From the NCBI GenBank assembly GCA_965644265.1, contig OZ286472.1:22010001-22074000 (forward strand): DNA of 64,000 bases, in the 5' to 3' direction. The stretch's first letter is position 1, and each line of letters begins with the position of its first letter. Shown piece by piece: positions 1 through 11,890 of the stretch. Made by a program: the position numbers and the translations under genes. The notes beneath the pieces are model-generated. The model was not told where the DNA came from and made no database searches. It was given only the letters and a program-made list of their open reading frames with translations. Source of the stretch: Glycera tridactyla (Eukaryota).

Positions 1-135
1 GGGGGTGGTAGAGGCTCTTCGTCTATCGAGAATGATGCCAGAGCTGAAGCCTGTTGAATTTCCGCATAAGGCGGAGGATCGACCGGGCTTTCACTGTTCA
101 TTGCCTGCAGGTTCGGACTTGATATTGGCTCTCGG
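1..135 (-). CDS. Probable coding exon of the FARP/Cdep-like gene (linker region), truncated by the window edge
   Basis: Acceptor tttttcattttgtgtgtag|C at 136/135. Phase matches the donor at 511 (AG+C=Ser). Reads SREPISSPNLQAMNSESPVDPPPYAEIQQASALASFSIDEEPLPP with no stop. Assignment to FARP is by position and strand only. Confidence 0.65.
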
Positions 136-510
136 CTACACACAAAATGAAAAACAATTCCCACTCAATAAGAGTAATACTATAATGTATTACATCTACA
201 ATAACATCTACAAAGCTATCATGAGGATATTGTTATCCAATGAGAAGTTCATTTTCTTGGTACTTCAATGTGCATTCTTTACTGTACTTCAATAGTCCAA
301 TTCAAGACTGAAGCATTACAGATGGGCCACGAATATATTCATGTAGTTGAATGAGTACATAACAAAACAAGTAGCATTTCCTCTTCGAAACATAGATATC
401 TAAAGATCCATAGAACAATCACATCCCAGGAGATTGCTAAGAGTATCGATTATATCGTTATTTATTTTTTTTTCCCCGTCCAAATCTTTTCATTATAATC
501 ATTGTCTCAC

Positions 511-727
511 CTGAAATGCCGTACATGTTCGTCCTTGGAGTACTGTACTTTTTCTGGAATATTTTCGATCTCTGGCGAGCGTGCAAGATAGAGGTCATCT
601 TCGATGGAACGAGGTGGATGGCTGAGAGAGAAGGCAGGTGCTGACATCTTGCGGTCATCTTTTGTGAGCATGAACTGTGTGGGATCGATGCGGTGTGCCC
701 GTGGTGATGGCTGAGGATAGAGACGGC
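511..727 (-). CDS. Probable coding exon of the FARP/Cdep-like gene (linker region)
   Basis: Acceptor tttttcttcgtcag|GC at 728/727 and donor AG|gtgaga at 511/510. 217 nt, phase 1 in and phase 2 out. Open frame RLYPQPSPRAHRIDPTQFMLTKDDRKMSAPAF...EHVRHF, CpG-rich relative to the flanking intron. Confidence 0.7.
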
Positions 728-1400
728 CTGACGAAGAAAAATTCTCAAGTTCAATCAAAAGTGCTTTTAAGAATAGATTTAGAATGGTGCAATGTTCATT
801 ACATGAGCTGGACCTACCCTTGTTGGACTGATTCCCATAATTTCACAATTCAGCTGACAGAGGGTGAGATTTGGTAGCGATTGGCTACCCAAAGTTAGCA
901 AAGTCAAACCCTGCCACTAATACAAAAGTAAGGTTTAACTGGTATTTAAAAAGGTATCACAAGGGAATTGAACATAGTGGAAACACATCTACCAAATATT
1001 CATTGTTCCTTACATTACTTTTACATTGAAAACCAGTCAATCTCTAATCATTTATTGTGCAACTACCTTCTGTAATCATCTTGTACAGGATACTCAACCT
1101 CCTCAATTCTACCTCCAATTATTAAATAAATTTTGGGTATTTCAGCACATCATACTCCAGACCAAATCTTTGTTGTTTTTCTCACTAAATTCCTTCTACG
1201 ACATCAGAAATATATAGCAACATCATCATAAATATATGAAATGAATGTGTGGCAAGAATGTGTTGGTGCATCAACTTGGCACCTGGGAAAATCACTGGTC
1301 AATATGGATACAATACATTTTGAAGTTTCACGATCAGGATTTGGATTTGGCTTTATATGGTAGCGCGCGGCAATGTAATGACTTTAGGAATGATACTACA

Positions 1401-1587
1401 NNNNNNNNNNNNNNNNNNNNNNNNNNNNNNNNNNNNNNNNNNNNNNNNNNNNNNNNNNNNNNNNNNNNNNNNNNNNNNNNNNNNNNNNNNNNNNNNNNNN
1501 NNNNNNNNNNNNNNNNNNNNNNNNNNNNNNNNNNNNNNNNNNNNNNNNNNNNNNNNNNNNNNNNNNNNNNNNNNNNNNNNNNNNNNN
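1401..1587. other. Assembly gap (N run)
   Basis: Run of n characters. Confidence 1.
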
Positions 1588-2536
1588 ATATGCATACAAA
1601 GACCTGGTAAATAAAACAGACTGGTTACTACCATCACAATACAAATACAGATGCTTAATACTCACCTTACATCTTTGTAGTTTGTGAAAAAGTTTTTGCT
1701 CTGGAGAACCTCCATGGGTAAATACTTCTTGAGCACAACTAACTGTCTGATAACTAGCCTCTTTATCTCTCACATGATACAGTGGAACCAGTATCAGCAA
1801 GCCCGGGACGAGCAATTAGCAGTGATTAGCAAGCAATTTCCTAGAACAATTTTCAATAATGCCTATGTGATTATCTACTTGTGACCAGAACAACTGCTCT
1901 CAAGACCAAATGTCAAGGAATTTGAGGTTGTTGGTCATAGGTTCCACTGTATGATGTACTCAGTAAAAGTGGAAACCGCGTATTGATGGTACCTCCTCAC
2001 AATTTCAGACAATGCCAACCGTTGTGGCAAAGATACAATTTTGAGGAATTTTCTGGAAACATAGAAAGTTACAGGGCATTCTCCTCCCCTGAATTTTGAT
2101 TATTGCACCAAATTTCCAAATACGGGACAATGTTCAGGAGATGAATGCTTTGGATTTTACTGTACATATGAAGTTCAAAAATTGCCAGTGGAGTCCTGAA
2201 GTCAAGAGCATTTCAATGATACTAGAAAAGTATCTTTGGTTCCCATGCAAGACTTTCATACATGGGTATTAGTTTTTTAAAGTACAGTAGTTCGAACCAT
2301 TTGAATCCAAACTCATCTACAATTAGCTGCAAAAAGGAACAAGAAACAAATTGACAAATGATAACTCACATGATTCTCTACCACTTCAGTTCAATGATTC
2401 CATTCAATGTGTTCTTTGACTTGATCCAGGGTAATTCACCCAAATCACTGATTCAAGCTGTGTTTCCGACATGATCATATCTCGAATATACACCCAACCC
2501 AATATGCCAAAGAGGCTTCAAGAAAGCTAAACATAC

Positions 2537-2703
2537 TCAAGGAAGGCTGAGGTCGCCCACCTAAAAGCCCAAGGTCCTCAAGGAAGGCCAAGATCCTCTC
2601 TCCAGAAACCTTAATGTCCTCAATGAAGGCTTAGCTCTGTCCTTAAAAAGCCTAAGGTCCTCAAGGAAGACTTGAGGTCCTCTCTCCTGAAAGCCCAAGG
2701 TCC
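2537..2703. repeat. Minisatellite, about 4 units of 41-42 bp
   Basis: Unit like tcaaggaaggctgaggtcNcNcNcctNaaagcccaaggtcc, starting at 2537, 2578, 2620 and 2661. Confidence 0.75.
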
Positions 2704-3276
2704 ATGTAGACTGAGGTCACCAGTTTAGTCTTACATGTTCCGGCCCCCTTTTCTTCCTGATTTGTCATATTCCATCCATTCCTGATCAACTTCCTCCTCC
2801 CAATATTTACTCCATGGTATTTGCACTGCTTGAACCTCCATATAACATCAATGACAATTCTCTCTCGATTCTTCTTCAAGGTCTTTGAATCCAACTTTTC
2901 TTATTGCTTTTCTTTTTCTATGATAGCCCAGTATGCTTTATCGCTCCTCGTCAATCCCAATCTTTGCTGACGGTCTGTGAGATCATATGCACTGAGATAA
3001 TCCATAAGAACACAAGATGGCAGCACATGCATTCAACACAATGATGACTTCTGTATGACCATGAATATGCAAGGCAAAACTGGGGAGGTGGTCAAAGAAA
3101 TATCGGGTCCTAGGCGCTCCAAATCTATCAGGCTCATTGAATGCTCAAACACTTGTTCGGTCAAGAACTCGTAACCTTGTGGCTTCAAAATAGGATTCGC
3201 TTGGTTAGGACTTCTCAGCATCAGCGAAGTGATGACTGTCAAAGATGCTCGATGTGAAACTCCTATCTTGCTAAAT

Positions 3277-3500
3277 TGTTTGGTTTGGTTGAGGTTTGAC
3301 AGCAGGCATGTATCAACCCGAAGAATCATGTATTCTGTGTGTTCTGGGTCAATGAAAGCTGATGTTCTCTGCCCTGCAGGCCTCACTCTCACAAACTCTG
3401 AACACAAGATGACAGGGAATCTGAAACGTTGTCAAGTGGAAGTTGCTGACAGTTCAGACACACCTCTACCGATCCAACATGGACATATAGAACCTATACA
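3277..3500 (-). mobile_element. SINE-like interspersed repeat family A, copy
   Basis: Shares core ggcatgtatcaaccc...ccctgcag...gaacacaagatg...tgtcaagtggaagtagctgacagttcagacacacctctacc with copies at about 10.7, 11.8, 20.4, 24.3, 38.9, 39.2 and 39.9 kb. The low-coordinate end is a ttgg/ttga-type simple-repeat tail, so the retroposon 3' end is on the minus strand. Confidence 0.7.
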
Positions 3501-6500
3501 TTTCATCTTTCATCAAATGACGGATTCATCATGACAGCATCAGATGATCGTATGATATCAAATTCAGATGAAAGAGAACTGACAAGATGGAATTGTACTG
3601 CTGATTTATTCAAAGCAAGATACAGACTGTACATAGGATTTGTCTTCTAAAATTGCACGACATTCATGCAATAAGTCTTTCAACATTACTTTGATTGACG
3701 ATAGCGAAGAAAAGTTCACTATGTGTTTGAAAAAGAAGACAGCTATCATGACTGCAAAATGGAACAAATGTGAGAATAAGACATCATTTGCAATTTGCTG
3801 TGATTGGCCAAGCAAGAACCAATATGGGCTCTTATTGAAAGTCACAAGGTCAGTGATGACCAATCACTTCAGAGGATCATTCAGATAATAATCATTGAAA
3901 CTCAGGAGGCACTTCATTAATATTTGCCAGGAATCGATAATAAGAAAAATCCATCTCATAATTTGTCAAACACAAAAAATGCAGCAGTCTTCAACATATG
4001 CTAAAGTCTCTCTGCCAAGTTCAAGAAACAATTTTTTTCATGAGCCATTCAAAAAGTAAGACACTGATCCTTGATTGGCCACAAGCCTAGCCAATCAGCA
4101 GCAGTGATACAACCATTCGATCTATCACATTTAATCAACCAATCATACCAGCAAGGATCATTGCTGGTTTCATGTGAATCATGAAGACACAATAACTATA
4201 CAATATGCAAAAATGGGTTATCTTACAATGGAAAATTATGTAATACAGCGCGAAAATTCTGTGACTCAGACAACATGAAGACTGACAGCCCCAGACAATA
4301 GAGTAACATGAATGAGCAAGGGATCGGGGCATCCCTTATTAATCAGAACATGAACCCAAAATAGAGACTGGCCACAGTTCTGATATGTTGATTGGGCAAC
4401 TGGTGAAACCCACTTGTCTGAAATCTTGCATTAATATACAATGGATGAGTGCTTGTGATTAAACAGTGCGGGAGCATCGCTTGACTGCTCCAAAATGTAC
4501 ATCTTCATCTTTACACTTGCTCACACCATGACAAACTTGAAAAGACAAACAATCATACCATAAATTCTCTCAGATTAATCCGTAGACAAAGAACATCGGG
4601 AAAAACAAGACTAACAGGGCCACGGCAACAACAAAATTGACTACTTGCATGGCACCAGAGGACCACTTATGCACTCAACAAGTATTTCCTCTCTTTTATT
4701 CTCTTGTACATGACACTGTCGATCTTGTTCTGTCCAAGTCAATTCCTGCATTTCACAGGATAGCATCAACCCTAATCTCGTGGTATATTCAACTGAGTAT
4801 TTTGCGTCGGGGTACACCTGAGTTTGTTCACTCAAATGCGTTTAACTTCACTTAGGTATGTGTTAATTTTTCCTGAATTAGTTCCATTTATATGGAAGGG
4901 AAGATTCTTTATTTGTTATTCGATCGAATAGCGATAATTTAGTTCTCTGAACCAGTATGATTCAACAGAATCCTTTCATTGTTACTGGAGATGATCCTAG
5001 TTTGTTGATATGTTGTTAGGATGGATGACAAATCACTCTGTGCATGGCTAGGCAACAAGAATATACTCATTGTGATTTGAGTCCACAACTGGAAAATTCC
5101 CAGAAATTTGGTGATTTCATGGATATACTTATTCAATACAATTTGCCATTATTCGTAGCCAAGATACCAATCCAGTATCTTTCAGATTTTTCTCAGACTG
5201 AATTATCTGATTTCAAAAGAAAAGGTCTTCAAATTTGCTCCTCAGAAGATACAACATTCAATCTGAAATCATCAGGCTATCTGAACGGGCAACTGCCCAG
5301 TCGACATCTCAACTTACACAAAATTACAAATGATCATTTCATCATCCAATCATCCCCAACTCCAAGAGCATAAGGTGAGCAAGATGAATTACACAAGATG
5401 AGGAGTTTACATTCTTCACAGATGGAATTCGATGAAAATGTCAGTGAATGCCCGAAAATTTTGTTAGATCTAAAACACACAGAAAAGCTGCCAGACACCT
5501 ATCTCCAAGCCATTTCATTTCACTACCCCTTGTGTTGAGATTTTATTCCGGATGAAAAGAAATCCAACAAATAGATATGTATGAGTGATAGTGAAAATGA
5601 CTGAAAAAGTGTAATACTGTTGGTTTATGTGAAAACATTAGTATTTATGACAACAAAATATATGAAGATATGATCGAGCTAAACTTCATTTCCTTGTTCG
5701 AAAGTTGCAAAATGATATATTAGCCATATACATCCTATTTTTCATTCAAAAGTGTCATAATTATAATGCCTAATAAGCTCCAAGATGATCAAGAGAAATA
5801 GTTTGTAATCTGCTTCAAAAGTCACTTCACAACTCACAAATGCAAACATATAGCGGCATGAGGGAATAAAGCAAGATTTTTTCCCAAATATGATAAATGA
5901 TTAGATTGGAAGATATCATATGGACCTTAGTACAAGCAAAATACTAATCGTCATAATTTTATCATGGTTTCATAGATAATTCAAGAATACTGATGCGAGT
6001 ATGAAACACGTAAAAAAAGAGTGTGGAATAAGTAAAATATGCATGTAAATATCACTAGAAATGTGATATTGAGCAGAACAATTTTTTCGGAAGAAACACT
6101 TTCAGTTTTCAGTACATCATGAATACTGAAATCGAAGCGAACCATAAGGATTTTTGGCAAAATTATGCAGCTACCAAGGAATACTGTTCCATTGTATTAA
6201 CTGTTGATGGATGACAGATTTGTGAAGAAGTTAATCAGGTAATAGCTCATCAAATTTCATTGCTCACAACATGATACATGGTATGATTCAACTATTGGAT
6301 GTCTTTGGTCAAAGAATTTTAAAATCCATGAATTCAACACTTTGTTGATTTTACCATCAACTTATGCCGTATAATGACATAGCAGAGATTCAAAAATGAA
6401 GAGAAATGATGTGAGTACACAACATACAACATACACTTCACCATACAACCACTGTCAAAAAAAAGACGAGATTTGCTAATACTCTCAACAAAATTAAAAT

Positions 6501-6913
6501 AGACAAAAGTATATGAACACCTTTAGGAAGAAAAGTTTGAGACTGAAGACTCAATTGCTGATTTATATACATTATCATTACACAGTTTAACAAATATTAC
6601 ACCAGAACAAGTGATATTCCACAGCACAATGGTATTTACAATGCCTGCAAAGAAGCCCTTTTCTGAGTATAGCTATGCTTCTTGTCATTATTCGCACTGG
6701 AAATGCTCAACATTGAGCAAACGAATGGTAAATGTATGATTTGATGAACTAGAATAGTCATTCAATTAAATTCAATGCAAAATGTAGTGGATGATCTGCG
6801 GAAATTAGCCTTCACAGTTGATAGTTAAGTGGAGGTAGTAATCATGTTGGATGAGCATTGTGTCAAGAGAATTGTATTCCGTATTTTAAGTTACCATTGT
6901 AACTTAAATAACA

Positions 6914-6945
6914 TTCAATTCAATTCAAATTAAAAAATCTTTATT
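6914..6945 (-). mobile_element. Probable LINE 3' tail (AATAAA followed by TTGAA repeats)
   Basis: Minus strand reads aaataaagattttttaatttgaattgaattgaa, typical of CR1/L2/RTE-class 3' ends. Body not recognisable. Confidence 0.35.
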
Positions 6946-8547
6946 TATACTCATGAGCACAAAATACCTACAACTCATTATGGTAGGTTACAAGGGTGCA
7001 AGTCCGCACTGTGGATACTATAGGATCAAAATTGCGAAACAACCAGACAGAAATACATCGATATAGTTCACTAGAAACACGTGATGATTTCCAGAAAACA
7101 CACTGATTTCACGAAAAAATTGAACTTTGGTACATAGTCTCGAAAACACTCATCATGTCTCTGATGCACTTCAACAGCGGAACCCAGTCTCGAAATTATG
7201 AATGTTATAATGTGAGTTTATCCTGCACGAATATCAGGCTGGTATCAGCAGGAACGTCTCACGCTGAGTTCAAGAAGTAACGCAATATGACGAAATATCA
7301 TGGTGGAATTCAATCAGATTACTAGCATTTCGCAATCAAAATTCTGAAACCATGAATGAATATGGACATTCCAGTCAGAATTCCTGGCCCGTTGGCAACG
7401 GGCAACATCAAAGTGGTTTGTTGGGAGGTGGTCTGATCACTTGTCAATTATTGGAAACCGATACATATGGTGAATGGCGCTTTATTCCATCTCTGACAAG
7501 CCAGATGGGTGGGGTCAACTTCGATCAATATCGACAGAGAATCAGTTAACTCTCAACTCACCAACTTTTATTGGATAAAGTTATTGAATGAAAAGAGAAT
7601 CTGATCTGAAAAATCAGTCTCCCCCGTTAGATGTGGTCCCTCACCAGGGGGTCTCTCAGCGCAGGTTTCTCTGTATCTAGCCTGGTGCAAAGTATGAGTT
7701 TAGGTATCCATATCAATTCTAGTCATTATTCAGAATTGAAAGGGTTAAGACTGTGGACACATGTACATATTCTAGTATACAACTCATTCCTGCTGGCAAA
7801 TATCAATAAGATTATTTTTTCCATATCAAATGTTTATTTAACTTGGAGTTGCCTAGCTGTGTTTGTGTGAACGTCTAGTGAGTTGTGCATCAAATGGTAT
7901 GCAGCATAAGTGATCGCATATATGCACATGGATGCTGCATGCACACACATGCATGCACACATGAACGCACGCACACACGCATGCATGCACGCTATTTGTT
8001 GCGGATCAGAATGTGCAATTCAATTGAAAGCCGGTAATGGCCTCTTACTGAGTTGTCTACCGTATATTGCCATATACACGCCCATACCCGTTTAGAAGTG
8101 CATCCCATAATTCAACTCGTCCACGGCACCAACGATGACCAGTAGGACACATGTCATATCTGAAGAATGGTGTATTTTGTGGAAAAAAGTGAAAGATCCC
8201 TCAGTTCCAAATATACGCAACTGGCACTTGAAAATGCCTTAGCGCACTGAGTGTATGTTCGGCAGTATGGCCTATATGGACGTCCCACTCGTCTGGGGAA
8301 TCCTGAGGCATCCTTTGAACACAAAGTTTTACCTGCTATTTTCAATAGCTTCACCTGCTCTTCTCCACAGAACCATGGGCTAAATTATGGTTACGCACCT
8401 GCCAAGGGTATAGGCACTCCGATCAATTCACCTGCTTTAACTTTAGCCTACCTGCCGTTTCCCCACTATCTTGGGTAGGTATATAGTGAATGACACCTGA
8501 AAAAAATCTTAGCATGAAGCCTTTGTCTATAGCCCCGCTTTGATGTA

Positions 8548-8725
8548 CAGTCGAACCTCCCTATAAGGACCGCCTTCGATTGCCCCAAAAAGTGGCCTTT
8601 ATAGGGAGGTGGTCTTTATAGAGAGGTCATTTACTGTAGAAAATACTGCCACGGTCGCAGTTCAGGGCGGTCTTCATAGGGAGGTGGTCTTTATAGAGAG
8701 GTGGTCTTTACAGGAGGTTCAACTG
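8548..8725. mobile_element. Tc1/mariner-type MITE (178 bp)
   Basis: TA target duplication on both sides. TIR CAGTCGAACCTCC versus CAGTTGAACCTCC (12/13). Internal GGTGGTCTTTA repeats. Confidence 0.85.
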
Positions 8726-9530
8726 TATTCATATATCTTTCAGAGGAGGGTTAGGGTTCGAGGTTCTACACTAACCACTCGGCCTGAGATGCATGAGCGT
8801 TTGATAGGAGTGCATGTTTCAGTGCCTACATCACAGACACATATAGCTCCTCTCACCAAGTGCCTCGCTAATATACACGAAGTCCTCATAAAGAGCCCGG
8901 AAACTCAATTAGTCCTGACAAACGATACTCAATGGGCATCCGACCTCTATCTTGCAATTAAGACTCCTTCCAACATCCATTACTCGGATAATGGTGTGTC
9001 AGCATTTGATGAATGCTCGATACCTCAAGAAGGATAAAATGATATCTGAGTGGGAGGACTATGATGCATTCTGTACTTCATTCGGGTGATAATTACTATG
9101 AATGTAAAATTAGGGTAATCATTCTCACACAGACATAATGATAGGGTGTTCTGCTCTCCCCAGTCCCTCATTCCTCCGGCTCCATGTCACTTATATCCCT
9201 CTAATTACTCACAAATTGGTCCTACTTTTCTACATCAGACAGTAATTTGATCCAAATCATGAGACAAGAGTGCATCATGACAAAGTTTAAACCTATTTGT
9301 GCAATGAGTGTAAGCACGTGTGCCCACGACATGTGCACAATCACACACACACGTGCACTTGCACACATATCAGCAAGTAAACACCCTCTCTTGTTCGATT
9401 CTTGTCAGTGACATGATGCACAGGCAACAGGTGGATGAAATGTGACAAAACCAATGCCCAATGTTGTGGGGTTTTCATGGGGTTGAACACACAACCTTGG
9501 AGAGAAGCAACAACCACAAGCAACAAACTA

Positions 9531-9550
9531 CGCATGCATGCACGCATGCA

Positions 9551-9621
<71 letters not shown>
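9531..9621. repeat. Compound (GCAC)n/(CA)n microsatellite
   Basis: Direct inspection. Confidence 0.95.
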
Positions 9622-9622
<1 letters not shown>

Positions 9623-10642
9623 AGCTGATTTTTTTTCAAGTTCATCATGTACAATGAGTCATTGAAGCTGACAAGAAGAGTGAATGAAGAATAAAGATGA
9701 TACTTCATATCTTCATATTAGGTTATTTATTCAGAAATTTAGGAGTTTCAGTTTGTTCTGTTGTATCAATAAAGGGAACATCCTAGCACTGCATCTAGTA
9801 GGTTGGTTGGTTGGTTAGTTGGTTGTTATGGATTCAATGGCATGTATCAAGTATTATTGGGTATGTCGATAAAGATCTGGAATTTAGTGGTAAATCTTGG
9901 CTGAAACAATTTGTATTTGGCAGTAATACAGTCCTCTACAAGCCAAGGTTCTTTCTCCCAACGTGCATGGCGTAACAGCCTTCTCAAGATTACGCCCAGC
10001 TGCCCAGATCATTCAATACAGATTGCGCCACCCATGGTGATTCCCTGGGGAACCCCTCTGGCTCACCTCCATAACCTCAATCACAGATTATGTATATTCA
10101 CAGGCAGGGAGCATTTCACTCAACTCCAGTGATACCAGACAACCGTCACTGAGATTTTACTGAGAACTGAAGGTGTGCCCTAATCATTGCTGAAGCCATC
10201 CCCAGGACCCATTTACCTGGCACCTTCATATCATCACATCCACTGATCCAACCAACTACAAGCAATTCCACAATCGCATAGAAGTTCAAATGAAAAGTCA
10301 TACATGGTAAGAGATTATCCCATAATTTCTATGGAATTTAGTAGGATTTGATACAACCAGTAGATTGACAGGTGCATTTTTGATAAATGTGCAGACAGGT
10401 GGATGACACAGGCACCATGTTACATCTGGAGATAATTGAGTCATATTGTCCCAAGTGATCAACAGAGAGTGGGACAATGTCCCTAATGATTTCCGATCCA
10501 TATTATTGTACGACTACAATCAGCTGTCTTCATAGATTGCATGGAATCCTGCTGAGGATACTGCACTCTTGCATATTTCTAACCTTTTGCATACAGGTAA
10601 AACAACAAACTTCCTTATAAAATATTGAGTATCATGAATTTT

Positions 10643-10925
10643 TGTTTGGTCTGCCTTGATTTGGTTGAGGTTATTGGTATGTATGAACCCCAAGGATTCT
10701 GTATGCCCTATGATCCTAATCATTGTAAGCTAGATGTACTCTTCCCTGCTGGCATCCTTCCCACAAATCCAGAACATAAGGGGATGGGGGACCTGTATGG
10801 TTGTCAAGTGGAAGTAGCTGACAGTTCAGACGCACTGCTAACTATCTCACACAAACATGGTGAACCTTGAGATAGTAACTCTAACTATGTGACAGGCTGA
10901 AAGCTGACACTCAAGTTTGATAGCA
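10643..10925 (-). mobile_element. SINE-like family A, diverged copy
   Basis: Contains ggttgtcaagtggaagtagctgacagttcagac and the flanking family motifs, in the same orientation as the 3277-3500 copy. Confidence 0.65.
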
Positions 10926-11543
10926 ATCCCTTGTAGGTATATCATGAAGCATTCAGGTGCAAATATCAGCAGGGGTTGGAAGGTGTGAATTTTGTTCTTG
11001 GTCAACATTTTGTACCTAAATACTTCACAATCGGTATCATGAAGTAGCTGGCTGCAAAACGAAGGTCAGGGTGACCATGTGCACTTTCAAACCTCAACTA
11101 ATATATCAGACCTTGTACCTCCAGGCAGGAAGTATCTCCGGGGAAGAAAATATAAGAGGACACCATTTGGATGATTACAACATCAGAAGCAATATTTTGT
11201 CAGCTGACCGTGTATCTACCACATAACCATTTCCATCGCATACCCAGATTCACTAAAATTACCCAAGGACATTGTGCAATTAAATCCTATCTTGAATGTT
11301 TGCAAAGCAAAGAAGGTCTCCAATGAAACCATAATGACTGCAAGTACTACTCAGTGATTCTATGAAAAGACAGCACAGATCAGTTCTGTATTCAACATGA
11401 AAATTCCTCTTTTATGAGAGACCACCTCCTGAAGACCACACTTTAGTGACACTCTTCTAGCAGGTTTGACTATATGCATCAAGATGATGAGTGTAAAATG
11501 AGAAAGTGTAATTTTCAAAGGTCATACTAGAGGAAAGGTTGTA

Positions 11544-11721
11544 TAGTGAAACCTGTCTTGGGGGACCCCTCTTTTGGGAGACCACCCTCTAACGGGAGAC
11601 CGCTCTCGATCGGCTCTTCTCTATTTGACATAGTCAAATATACCTTCAATGAGAGACCACTTGTCTTGAGAGACCACTTTTTGTTGAAATTTGGGGCAGT
11701 CTCTCAAGACAGGTCTTACTG
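11544..11721. mobile_element. Tc1/mariner-type MITE (178 bp), same family as 29351-29528
   Basis: TA flanks. TIR tAGTGAAACCTGTCTTG versus CAGTAAGACCTGTCTTG. Internal tatttgacatagtcaaata palindrome. Colinear with the 29351 copy. Confidence 0.85.
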
Positions 11722-11746
11722 TACTCTATAACCATGAAAAAAAAAT

Positions 11747-11890
11747 CGATTTGATTGAAGTTTGATGTTGAACGGCATGTATCAACCCAGAGGTTTATGT
11801 ATGCTGTGTGTTGCTGGTCAATAAAGCTAATATTCTCTACCCTGCAGACATCACTCTCACAAACCATGAACACTAGGTAATGGGGAACTT
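11747..11890 (-). mobile_element. SINE-like family A, 3' part
   Basis: gatttgattga tail followed by ggcatgtatcaacccagagg...ccctgcagacatcactctcacaaacc...gaacac. Confidence 0.65.

Noticed and set aside
1665-1840. Minus-strand exon candidate with a strong AAG|gtgagt donor at about 1665
   Set aside because: Stops in all three frames after the nearest good acceptor, and the open frame ends in phase 0, incompatible with the exon at 727.
2715-3240. Protein-like minus-strand stretch (…IPWSKYWEEEVDQEWMEYDK…)
   Set aside because: Multiple in-frame stops and no recognisable domain. Possibly a transposon fossil, but I cannot support a call.
8755-8790. tRNA A-box-like ggccgagtggttag on the minus strand
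   Set aside because: No correctly placed B box or cloverleaf; at most a SINE head remnant.
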